A stretch of DNA of 43,982 nucleotides from UHGV virus genome UHGV-0179801. One strand, written 5' to 3'. Of the stretch, positions 15,174 to 22,078 are shown piece by piece. Below the pieces are notes generated by a model. It was given only the letters and a program-made list of their open reading frames with translations, made no database searches and had not been told where the DNA came from. Numbering within the stretch: position 1 is the stretch's first letter; the number at the start of each line of letters is the position of its first letter. The stretch comes from a virus. The position numbers and the translations under genes are program-made.

Positions 15174-15463
15174 TTGTGTCTCCAGATGTATTGTCGTCTC
15201 TGCGGTTTCGTCGGAATACCCTCGTATCCCAGAGATTTCCAGTAGTTAAATAGCCGATTAGCGATTGCTGCGCGTTCCTTTGTCTTGAACTCACCGAGAT
15301 TCACGGCCTTACCGTTCTGGAATCCACAGGCGCGGACAGCTTTGCGTCGGGCCTGAATCTCTGGGTACAGCGCATTACGGCGGCGCTTGTATATCCGTGT
15401 TTTAGCTCTCGGTGCCAGCGGCGCAAGGCCGCTTCGTTTCAGGATGTCAGTTGCAAGAGACAT
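15170..15463 (-). CDS. AP2-like DNA-binding protein (97 aa)
   Basis: ORF 15170..15508 trimmed to ATG 15463; GKAVNLGEFKTKERAAIANRLFNYW resembles AP2 domain of phage HNH/AP2 proteins; no nuclease motif. Confidence 0.45.
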   Translation of the reverse strand: MSLATDILKRSGLAPLAPRAKTRIYKRRRNALYPEIQARRKAVRACGFQNGKAVNLGEFKTKERAAIANRLFNYWKSLGYEGIPTKPQRRQYIWRHK

Positions 15464-15738
15464 CACTCCACCCCTCCCACATATGTAACTAACCCACAGT
15501 TCGCGCACTCGACGTAATCAGGGAACTGGTCTTTGTATTTCTGTAACTCGGCGTTTACTTCTGCCAGTCTAGACACAAGCCTCTCTATCTCCTCTTCGGC
15601 GTCGGCGAGGCGTTCCTGGTAATAGTCATCCAGTTCCTTGTAGCTGTCGTACTCTACATAATCGCCATATGCGTACTCAGCCATCTCAGGCTCTGGAAGG
15701 CCCCACGCGTTTACCTCATATCTCTGTACCATAATCAC
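15463..15738 (-). CDS. acidic coiled-coil protein (91 aa)
   Basis: ORF track; C-terminal CANCG. Confidence 0.55.
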   Translation of the reverse strand: MIMVQRYEVNAWGLPEPEMAEYAYGDYVEYDSYKELDDYYQERLADAEEEIERLVSRLAEVNAELQKYKDQFPDYVECANCGLVTYVGGVE

Positions 15739-15938
15739 TTCTCCTGTTTACCAAGTCGCTTAGGTGAGCAGATAGCGCGTACCTCTGAATCGTTGGGCTT
15801 GTCACCCTGAAACAAGAAATGCGCGTTCTCTGCGGCGCGTGCCGCTGACTGGCACGCCTCCATCGAGTAAAACGTTTCTGATGCCGCCAGGTGCATCTGG
15901 CCTGCGGACAGTACCCAGATAAAGAGGATGCTGGTCAT
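15735..15938 (-). CDS. small secreted/membrane protein (67 aa)
   Basis: ORF 15735..15995 trimmed to ATG 15938 (ATGA coupling); signal-like MTSILFIWVLSAGQMHLAA. Confidence 0.5.
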   Translation of the reverse strand: MTSILFIWVLSAGQMHLAASETFYSMEACQSAARAAENAHFLFQGDKPNDSEVRAICSPKRLGKQEK

Positions 15939-16417
15939 TTCTTTAACCCGCATTTCTTGCACATCATCGATGTGCCTATATCGTAAAAGTACCAATCGTG
16001 TTCACACTCGCTGGATTTAGTCACGCCGCAATTAATACATACGGCGTGAGCCTTGCCGTTAACAAATCGCCAGTTATGGTGACATTCCTGCGTATCCTCT
16101 TTACGGCAACCAGATTGCTCCGGCAGTACCGGCGTCGGGATACACCGACAATTTACCGTTGCCCCGGGCACGTGTTCGCCCACCACGTAGCGCTGACCCG
16201 CGGGAATGTATCCACCCTTGCGGATAAATTTATATGCCTCAACGTCCCCGTTCATTAACGTTATTGTCCCCATCAACTCGTCCACCAGCTCCGACATATC
16301 ACGTAGCTGATTCTTAAGTGACTGCACCTCCTGCGCCAGGTCTTCGCACTGGTTGTTATTTACCTGCTGCCGTAGCTGGTCAATCAGGTACTCGAATACT
16401 TCGTTTTTGTTACTCAT
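15935..16417 (-). CDS. coiled-coil + double zinc-ribbon protein (160 aa)
   Basis: ORF 15935..16450 trimmed to ATG 16417 (GAGAGGAGAG SD); NCRC motif; CHHNW..CINCG and CEHDW..CKKCG. Confidence 0.6.
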   Translation of the reverse strand: MSNKNEVFEYLIDQLRQQVNNNQCEDLAQEVQSLKNQLRDMSELVDELMGTITLMNGDVEAYKFIRKGGYIPAGQRYVVGEHVPGATVNCRCIPTPVLPEQSGCRKEDTQECHHNWRFVNGKAHAVCINCGVTKSSECEHDWYFYDIGTSMMCKKCGLKK

Positions 16418-16436
16418 CTTCTGTCTCTCCTCTCGT

Positions 16437-16709
16437 TTACTCAACAGCACCTGTTATTGCTATAAGCCCAGTTTTACCCCGGCGGCGGTACTTACGAATC
16501 ACCGTTTTAAGTTCGTCATTACTACTCTGATGCCCAAAAGTGATCGGCAACTCTTCCCCACCTGTCATACCAAACTCGGTGTCTGTCGGTTTGTTCCGCC
16601 ACCCCTGAATAAAACCGAAACGGTCGCGAGTTATATACCGGTAGTTGTTAGGGAGGGGCAATTCCAGCCCCTCAAAATCAACGGTAACGGTGTAGCTGCT
16701 AAAATTCAT
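16437..16709 (-). CDS. hypothetical protein (90 aa)
   Basis: ORF 16437..16715 (TTG) trimmed to ATG 16709. Confidence 0.55.
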   Translation of the reverse strand: MNFSSYTVTVDFEGLELPLPNNYRYITRDRFGFIQGWRNKPTDTEFGMTGGEELPITFGHQSSNDELKTVIRKYRRRGKTGLIAITGAVE

Positions 16710-16848
16710 AGTCAATTACCCCGAACTCGTTGATGATTTGCGCCTTGTAGAAGTTGCCGTTTGAGGCCAGGTGATACGCCTGCGCCATAGTCATCTCGCG
16801 ATAAGTTGCGGTGCTATTTTCAAACTCCATAACCATCAAAGTAACCAT
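16699..16848 (-). CDS. hypothetical protein (49 aa)
   Basis: Hand-found: ATG 16848 behind 24-nt leader identical to that of 16417; MVTLMVMEFENSTATYREMTMAQAYHLASNGNFYKAQIINEFGVIDYEF. Confidence 0.5.
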   Translation of the reverse strand: MVTLMVMEFENSTATYREMTMAQAYHLASNGNFYKAQIINEFGVIDYEF

Positions 16849-16879
16849 CTTCTGTCTCTCCTCTCGTTTGTGCAAATGA

Positions 16880-16908
16880 ATAGTAACCTATTCTATCCCA
16901 GTGAGCAA
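16880..16908 (-). promoter_or_regulatory. type-A promoter variant (TTGCTC-N17-TACTAT)
   Basis: Minus strand TTGCTCACTGGGATAGAATAGGTTACTATTCA. Confidence 0.5.
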
Positions 16909-16979
16909 GTAAATTTTATTGGTGTTTTAAAGATAATCGTTCGCTACTAATCCAGTAGTACCTCGGGCGTCGCGCCCAC

Positions 16980-17216
16980 TTACGCACCAACCACCCCACA
17001 AAAAGAAACGCCTGGTTTAAGTTTCAGGTTACGTACAACCACCATCTCTACTGAATGGATTGATTCATACCTCGAGTGTCCTCTTCCGTGGCCAAGTTTA
17101 ACCATGCCGCCAGCGACTTCGGTTACTAGCCTCTTCCTCCCGTTGACCAGGACGACATCACTCGGGCGCACATCAGGATGTTTAAGTCTAGCCAGTCTCT
17201 CTTCATATCTGCTCAT
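16980..17216 (-). CDS. hypothetical protein (78 aa)
   Basis: ORF 16980..17240 trimmed to ATG 17216 (AGGAGA SD). Confidence 0.55.
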   Translation of the reverse strand: MSRYEERLARLKHPDVRPSDVVLVNGRKRLVTEVAGGMVKLGHGRGHSRYESIHSVEMVVVRNLKLKPGVSFCGVVGA

Positions 17217-17271
17217 TGCTGCATCTCCTGCAATAGTCACTTCGATTGTTGCGTTTGGTGAAATAGAACAA

Positions 17272-17306
17272 AAATGAGAAAAATGGTACGCTGCTGTGTA
17301 GCAGCG
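17272..17306 (-). terminator. possible terminator hairpin
   Basis: Minus strand CGCTGCT-ACAC-AGCAGCG then TACCATTTTTCTCATTTTT. Confidence 0.4.
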
Positions 17307-17330
17307 TAAGTCACAAAGCCAAATAGTAAC

Positions 17331-17492
17331 CTATTGACCTATTACACCACCTGTTACACCAGCGCGAAATTGCACACCAGCTTTCCACGCCCGCCACGCG
17401 AGACGCGTCTTAACGTTCAGGTACTCTTTCTTCGAACCTTTGTTAACCGGCAGACCCTCTACGACGGCCCACCGTTCAAATGCTTCTCTCAT
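17331..17492 (-). CDS. hypothetical protein (53 aa)
   Basis: Hand-found, ATGA-coupled at 17492; MREAFERWAVVEGLPVNKGSKKEYLNVKTRLAWRAWKAGVQFRAGVTGGVIGQ. Confidence 0.45.
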   Translation of the reverse strand: MREAFERWAVVEGLPVNKGSKKEYLNVKTRLAWRAWKAGVQFRAGVTGGVIGQ

Positions 17493-17683
17493 AACTTAAC
17501 CCCATGGTGTTTAAGGAAACTGGTTAACTTGTACTCCCGGTACTGCGCTACCGCCTTAGCGTGAGCCAAATGCCACGACTTCCAGGGTGTGTATTTCGCC
17601 TTTTCCCAGCATTCAACACCAAACTCAGCGGCCCGCAGACCACCAACAAGACGGCGTAAGCGGAATTCGTTATACGGACTCAC
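17489..17683 (-). CDS. hypothetical protein (64 aa)
   Basis: ORF track 17489..17713 starts at TTG; GTG 17683 is GTGA-coupled to the upstream peptide gene, which I prefer. Confidence 0.5.
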   Translation of the reverse strand: MSPYNEFRLRRLVGGLRAAEFGVECWEKAKYTPWKSWHLAHAKAVAQYREYKLTSFLKHHGVKL

Positions 17684-17751
17684 ACCAACCCCCACAACGC
17701 GTGCATCACACAAACGGCGATGACAATTAAAATAAACAGGTAATTATTCAC
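17680..17751 (-). CDS. 23-aa hydrophobic peptide
   Basis: GTG 17751 with GAGGGAGG SD 5 nt upstream; (M)NNYLFILIVIAVCVMHALWGLV. Confidence 0.4.
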   Translation of the reverse strand: MNNYLFILIVIAVCVMHALWGLV

Positions 17752-17804
17752 GGCAACCTCCCTCAGAGTCGTCGGCACTGGCATCATGATTCGACGCCGT
17801 GGTT

Positions 17805-18023
17805 TTATTTAAAGTAGATAGCGAATTTCTTGTAACCCGCAGGCTCGTTACGAAGCCCTTTACCATTAGCGAAACGTTGTACGTTGTTAAAATCATTTTC
17901 ATCCATTCCGTCGGTGTCGAACGTAAAGAAGTTGCGTTTGTTCCTGATAATTACGCGCTCTGAAATATCGATACCGTAAACTTCTTTGATTGCTGAAACT
18001 ACGCTTGCAGTCGCTTTGTTCAT
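17805..18023 (-). CDS. first leftward early gene, hypothetical (72 aa)
   Basis: ORF track; AAGGA SD; 35 nt downstream of type-A promoter 18058..18086. Confidence 0.65.
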   Translation of the reverse strand: MNKATASVVSAIKEVYGIDISERVIIRNKRNFFTFDTDGMDENDFNNVQRFANGKGLRNEPAGYKKFAIYFK

Positions 18024-18057
18024 CTTTAAATTCCTTATGTCTCGTTGCTATAAGTGA

Positions 18058-18086
18058 ATAGTATCCTATTATATTGGTGTGTGCAA
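18058..18086 (-). promoter_or_regulatory. type-A promoter/operator cassette, leftward early
   Basis: Minus strand TTGCACACACCAATATAATAGGATACTAT; plus strand also reads TTGCTA-N16-TATTAT (18045..18072). Confidence 0.6.
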
Positions 18087-18158
18087 GAGAGTAGTTACGC
18101 TGCCGTTGTGATTCTTCAGGTAGGGTTGTGCCTTTATTCTTATTACTTGGTAACTAAA

Positions 18159-18179
18159 GGGCAGGCCTTAAGCCTGCCC
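18159..18179. other. 8-bp GC hairpin in control region
   Basis: GGGCAGGC-CTTAA-GCCTGCCC; only weak T-tracts on either strand. Confidence 0.5.
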
Positions 18180-18267
18180 GGTAAGGGTTACATTTTTACG
18201 GTTGCGAATCTACGGCACTTTAATAAAATCAGATACTTAAGAGATATGCCGCCGATGAAAATAGAGC

Positions 18268-18280
18268 TTGCCCAGGGCAA
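18268..18280. repeat. 13-bp palindrome TTGCCCAGGGCAA
   Basis: Read directly in non-coding control region. Confidence 0.7.
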
Positions 18281-18334
18281 CCGGAGATACTTAGAAAGGA
18301 AAGTTACGATAATTCTTGTGTTCAGTAAACTTTC

Positions 18335-18367
18335 GCTTAACCCTTTGCTTAACGCACGGTTTAAGCG
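18335..18367. repeat. GCTTAAC x2 direct plus inverted TTAAGCG
   Basis: 18335..18341, 18347..18353, 18361..18367; could form alternative hairpins or act as iterons. Confidence 0.5.
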
Positions 18368-18456
18368 GTTTTACAAGGTGAACAAGAATCAAAGTAACTA
18401 AGATATAGAAGCACCTTAAACGAAGATTTTCATAATGTCAATAGGTGTGATTATGT

Positions 18457-18485
18457 TTGATTTCCCATTATTCGCAATGTATACT
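18457..18485 (+). promoter_or_regulatory. rightward early promoter TTGATT-N17-TATACT
   Basis: Good sigma70 match about 30 nt upstream of the first rightward gene. Confidence 0.55.
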
Positions 18486-18517
18486 CGATTTTGTTAACTG
18501 ATAATGAGGGTTTGAGA

Positions 18518-18688
18518 ATGACACAGAATGAAGTAGCCGAGCGTATCGGTGTTACTCGTCGCACGCTGAATAACTGGTTAAAGAGTGGGAAGTTCCCTGA
18601 TTGTTGTATTCGCATTATGGGCCGCCGTCAGCCAGGTACGTTTGACCGGGAGAAAGTGGAAGCGTGGATTAAGGAGAACGTGAAATGA
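18518..18688 (+). CDS. small HTH DNA-binding protein (56 aa, AlpA/excisionase-like fold)
   Basis: ORF 18491..18688 trimmed to ATG 18518 (GAGGG SD); MTQNEVAERIGVTRRTLNNWLKSGKFP. Confidence 0.65.
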   Translation: MTQNEVAERIGVTRRTLNNWLKSGKFPDCCIRIMGRRQPGTFDREKVEAWIKENVK

Positions 18689-18918
18689 CCGAGTTTCAGT
18701 CACGGGTATTTACGGCGGTCGTTTCGTTAACGCATAAAAAAGGGTCGTGCAGCGTTATGGACTTGCGCCGTAGTTATTTTAGGTACTATAGTTCCGCCAT
18801 TATTGAAGGGTCGTTACGTGTACTGGTTAAATCTGGTGTCGTGAAAAACGTTGGCGGGAAATATAGTGCCGTTGCCGAAGTTCGCGGAATGACATCTACT
18901 TTAGAAGACCTGGAATAA
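18685..18918 (+). CDS. hypothetical protein (77 aa) ending ...STLEDLE
   Basis: ORF track, ATGA coupling; shares C-terminal EDLE with two replication proteins. Confidence 0.6.
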   Translation: MTEFQSRVFTAVVSLTHKKGSCSVMDLRRSYFRYYSSAIIEGSLRVLVKSGVVKNVGGKYSAVAEVRGMTSTLEDLE

Positions 18919-18976
18919 AAGAAAGCCCCGACGCGGTGAACGCCGAGGCCAAATTACTTGCTGAAGGAATTATAAT

Positions 18977-21244
18977 ATGTCCGATGTAATTTTATCCTAC
19001 TCGTGGTCCCGCCGCAACGCGCGGGCGGAGAAAAAGGATATAAACGTCAGAACCACACACATGGCAACACTGGACGACCTGAAAGAGTTAATCCAGCCGC
19101 TTGATGCCGTGCGTGACGGGATTAACCCGAAGACAGCGCCCGGCTATATCACTGCCGCGTGCGACTCAACGCACAGCACCGTAAAAGACCCGGAAACAGG
19201 TGACTTTAAGCAGGCGCGTAAAGGTTTCTTTTATCGCTGTGACGCGTCTGTAAGCAAATCGTCGCTGGCGTATCTGGACTTCGACAGTGCAACACCGGAA
19301 GAGTATCAGGAAGCGGTGCGCCTGGTTAAGCGCAGCCGCCAGGCTATGTGCCTCTATACCACGGCATCTCATACCGATGAGTCTCCGCGCTTTCGTGTCG
19401 TCATGCCGCTGGCGCGCCCGGTTGAAGGCGGAGACATCATCCGAGTTCGCCACGGATTGCTGGAGCACTTCTTCAAAGGCATGGGCGCGGACCGCAGCGG
19501 GTTTACCTTGTCGCAGCCGATGTACCTGCCGCCGGTTGGTGCTACTGTTATCTGGTCGCGCCGCAACGACCTGATTGACCCGGACGAGTTACTGGAAGGC
19601 ATCCCGGATTACGAGGTGAGCAGCGCATCGGATTACCAGATACCAGAGGAACTGCGCACCGCGTTTACTGACGCGTTCGAGGCACTGGCGTTTGAGTACG
19701 GCGGCATCATGACACCACGCGGCCTTAAGATGCCAGCTACACCGAAACACGCAGAGAACTACAGCGACCCGACGCCGAGGCCAGATGACTTCCTGCTGTG
19801 CTTCCCGCGCGAAGGGTACGAAGCGCCGAACGTAACAATGATTCACGACACCGACATTACAGCAACCGAAGGCATGTTGCCGAAAGAGGTGTGGAAATAC
19901 GCGTGCGATGCGACCGGGCTGCCGTTCAGTGAAGTCGCAGAGGCCATCGGCTGGGGTGCACGAGAATCTGTCTCATGCAGCCTGGACGACCTGGAAGACG
20001 AGGATGACTCAGAGGAGGACGAGCTACCGGAACCGGTAAAGGCTGATTTCGTCGTAGAAGGGTACATGCCGTCGGATTGCATATGGGATATCGTCGGGGA
20101 ATCTGGCACGTACAAATCGTTCTATACTCTGGGGATGATGTACCTTAGCGCCGCCGGATACCGGTTCGCAGGGGCTGATACCCAGCGTTGCCACCATTTC
20201 TATATTGATGGTGAAGGTGGTGCGGCTACACGTACACGTATTGACGCACTCGCCGCTAAATATGGTGAGGAAGGTAAAGATTATGTACACGTCATCGACA
20301 TGGGTGAAGTCGGAAAACTGAAAAGCCTGATTAAGCTGATGCGAGAAACTGCGGGTGACGAGCCAATTGGGATGGTCGCGTTTGATACCCTCAACCAGAC
20401 GCTGGCCCTGACGATTGATAAGTTCGACGAGAACAGTTCGTCAACGGCAATCGGCATGGGTAAAGTTATCGCCATCCTGAAAGAAGTACGCGATGCAACT
20501 AAAGCCGCGGTAGGCGTCGTACACCATACGCCGAAGGGTGGAAAGAAAGCCCGCGGCAGCGGGGCATTGTATGCAGGTGTTGATGTGGAACTGACAATCG
20601 AACGTGCTACCGACCGCCAGATAAACGTATACCACTCGAAATTTAAGCACGGGCCACAACAGAAAACGGTTGGGATGGTGCTCGAGTCGGTACAGTTCCG
20701 TGAAGCGCCGCCGCCGAAAGAGTACCGCGCGGTTGAGTTCATCGGTAACACAGAGGAATATGGAACAATCGTAAACCTAGACTTGCCCGAGCCGCACAAA
20801 GCGCTTGTTCTGATGCCGTGGGGCTTCGAGCCGTTCAAAACTGACGAGGAGAAAGAGCGGGAAGAAGGGCTGACGAAGGAAGGTAAAGAAAACGTACGTA
20901 AAACCGTAGAGAACGTCGTCAACAGTTCGGAGGCCACGATACTGGCAGCGTTTGAACTGGCGGAAGGAACCTACAACGGCAACGAAGGTATCACGGTAGC
21001 CGCAGCTAATAAGCTCGCACAGTCCGACCCCAACGCAAAGGCGTTTAACTCCAAAGAAGCTATAGAACGTGGGAAGATTAAGAAAATGGTTGAGGCTGGA
21101 TATCTTGTTCCGGGGACTGACGAAAACAATCAGATAATCCCAGGCCGTTACAGGCTGAACACCCGAATAACCGATAACAAGATTCCGAAGACAATATACG
21201 AACCGAATGAAATGTTAACAGTGACAGAGGAGGATTTGGAATGA
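18977..21244 (+). CDS. primase/helicase (primase-polymerase-like N-domain + RecA/RepA-type ATPase)
   Basis: 755 aa; YLDFDS and RFRVVMPLARP in N-half; Walker A GESGTYKS, Walker B VAFDTLNQ, VHHTPKGG; acidic linker; ends EEDLE. Confidence 0.8.
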   Translation: MSDVILSYSWSRRNARAEKKDINVRTTHMATLDDLKELIQPLDAVRDGINPKTAPGYITAACDSTHSTVKDPETGDFKQARKGFFYRCDASVSKSSLAYLDFDSATPEEYQEAVRLVKRSRQAMCLYTTASHTDESPRFRVVMPLARPVEGGDIIRVRHGLLEHFFKGMGADRSGFTLSQPMYLPPVGATVIWSRRNDLIDPDELLEGIPDYEVSSASDYQIPEELRTAFTDAFEALAFEYGGIMTPRGLKMPATPKHAENYSDPTPRPDDFLLCFPREGYEAPNVTMIHDTDITATEGMLPKEVWKYACDATGLPFSEVAEAIGWGARESVSCSLDDLEDEDDSEEDELPEPVKADFVVEGYMPSDCIWDIVGESGTYKSFYTLGMMYLSAAGYRFAGADTQRCHHFYIDGEGGAATRTRIDALAAKYGEEGKDYVHVIDMGEVGKLKSLIKLMRETAGDEPIGMVAFDTLNQTLALTIDKFDENSSSTAIGMGKVIAILKEVRDATKAAVGVVHHTPKGGKKARGSGALYAGVDVELTIERATDRQINVYHSKFKHGPQQKTVGMVLESVQFREAPPPKEYRAVEFIGNTEEYGTIVNLDLPEPHKALVLMPWGFEPFKTDEEKEREEGLTKEGKENVRKTVENVVNSSEATILAAFELAEGTYNGNEGITVAAANKLAQSDPNAKAFNSKEAIERGKIKKMVEAGYLVPGTDENNQIIPGRYRLNTRITDNKIPKTIYEPNEMLTVTEEDLE

Positions 21245-21555
21245 ATATTTACGATTTTATAGATAATCCGTTTAGAGCAGTGAAGGCAGGATACCGCCCA
21301 TCGTACCTGACTTGTGTTTCTTGTGTAGCTCACCAATGGGGTGCTGTTTGCAAGCTGGCGCTAGAGGAAGTTACAGAATTGCGTCATGTTATGGATATGA
21401 CGTTAAAGGAAATTGTAGCGTGTACCGTCCACATTGTTTTCAGAACTGCAGCTGTGGTTAGTTTTCCGTTAAGCGTATGGCTTTTTGCGTGGATTCAGTA
21501 CCTGAACGTGCAACACACGATTAAGAATATGGAAGAGCTCGATAAGTTGCTATAA
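21241..21555 (+). CDS. membrane-associated hypothetical protein (104 aa)
   Basis: ORF track, ATGA coupling; hydrophobic VHIVFRTAAVVSFPLSVWLFAWI. Confidence 0.55.
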   Translation: MNIYDFIDNPFRAVKAGYRPSYLTCVSCVAHQWGAVCKLALEEVTELRHVMDMTLKEIVACTVHIVFRTAAVVSFPLSVWLFAWIQYLNVQHTIKNMEELDKLL

Positions 21556-21584
21556 AAAAAAAATAAAGGGGCGTTAAGCCCCTT
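21553..21584 (-). terminator. intrinsic terminator of the Cro-like gene
   Basis: Minus strand AAGGGGC-TTAAC-GCCCCTT followed by TTTATTTTTTTTTT; 5' arm overlaps the last codons. Confidence 0.75.
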
Positions 21585-21789
21585 CACCAAACGCCAGCCA
21601 CTTTGCGTCTACTTGCAGCACTTCCGCCAGCTTGAACAGCGTCGCTGGACGTACGTCCTGAGTTACCCCAAGTGCCAGCTGGTTAATCGCGCCCTGGGAA
21701 ACACCGGCCAGGACAGCCAGACGGCGCTGGGAGATGCCGAGTTCTTTGCGGCGTTGTTCTACACGGATGCCTAGTTCAGATGGTTGCAT
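21574..21789 (-). CDS. XRE/Cro-CI-type HTH transcriptional regulator (71 aa)
   Basis: RRKELGISQRRLAVLAGVSQGAINQLALG is a classic HTH_3 pattern; only minus-strand gene within the rightward arm. Confidence 0.8.
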   Translation of the reverse strand: MQPSELGIRVEQRRKELGISQRRLAVLAGVSQGAINQLALGVTQDVRPATLFKLAEVLQVDAKWLAFGEGA

Positions 21790-21820
21790 GTCAATTACTC
21801 CTTAGTTAGTTGATATGTGA

Positions 21821-21849
21821 ATAGTACCATATTAATTATTTTAGAAAAG
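21821..21849 (-). promoter_or_regulatory. degenerate type-A promoter of the Cro-like gene
   Basis: -10 TACTAT with ...AATATGGTACTATTCAC; -35 poor (TTTTCT/CTTTTC); half-degenerate dyad AATAGtaccATATT 21820..21833. Confidence 0.35.
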
Positions 21850-21853
21850 CCCA

Positions 21854-21883
21854 TTGACATCATGAATAGTTCGCTATTATAGT
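21854..21883 (+). promoter_or_regulatory. type-B promoter/operator (TTGACA-N18-TATAGT)
   Basis: TTGACATCATGAATAGTTCGCTATTATAGT; dyad AATAG-N4-CTATT at 21865..21878. Confidence 0.6.
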
Positions 21884-21913
21884 TAGCCCATACCAAACGA
21901 GAGGAGAGACAAA

Positions 21914-22063
21914 ATGATTAACAACCGCAAAGCAAAGATTCTGTTAGGCCTTGATATTGCATTTGGGGCTAAAGAAACCGCACGCTATCGCGTAAGCAAC
22001 AATCGTGTGGGCTTCTTCGACAAAGCAACAGGCCAGTTAGTTAAAACCGTTAAGTATAAATAA
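21914..22063 (+). CDS. hypothetical protein (49 aa)
   Basis: Hand-found: GAGAGGAGAG SD, ATG 21914, MINNRKAKILLGLDIAFGAKETARYRVSNNRVGFFDKATGQLVKTVKYK. Confidence 0.5.
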   Translation: MINNRKAKILLGLDIAFGAKETARYRVSNNRVGFFDKATGQLVKTVKYK

Positions 22064-22078
22064 ACAGGAGAGAAACAA

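Noticed and set aside
18054-18401. 115-aa + strand ORF covering most of the divergent control region.
   Set aside because: It begins at a GTG inside the leftward promoter cassette and has no SD. It runs through hairpins and palindromes and has odd composition. Only the distal 52 codons (from ATG 18245) have even a weak SD. I treated it as non-coding.
20281-20937. 218-aa antisense ORF inside the primase/helicase gene.
   Set aside because: This is the same in-phase antisense artefact. The translation is Ser/Thr/Pro-rich and junk-like, with no promoter or SD.
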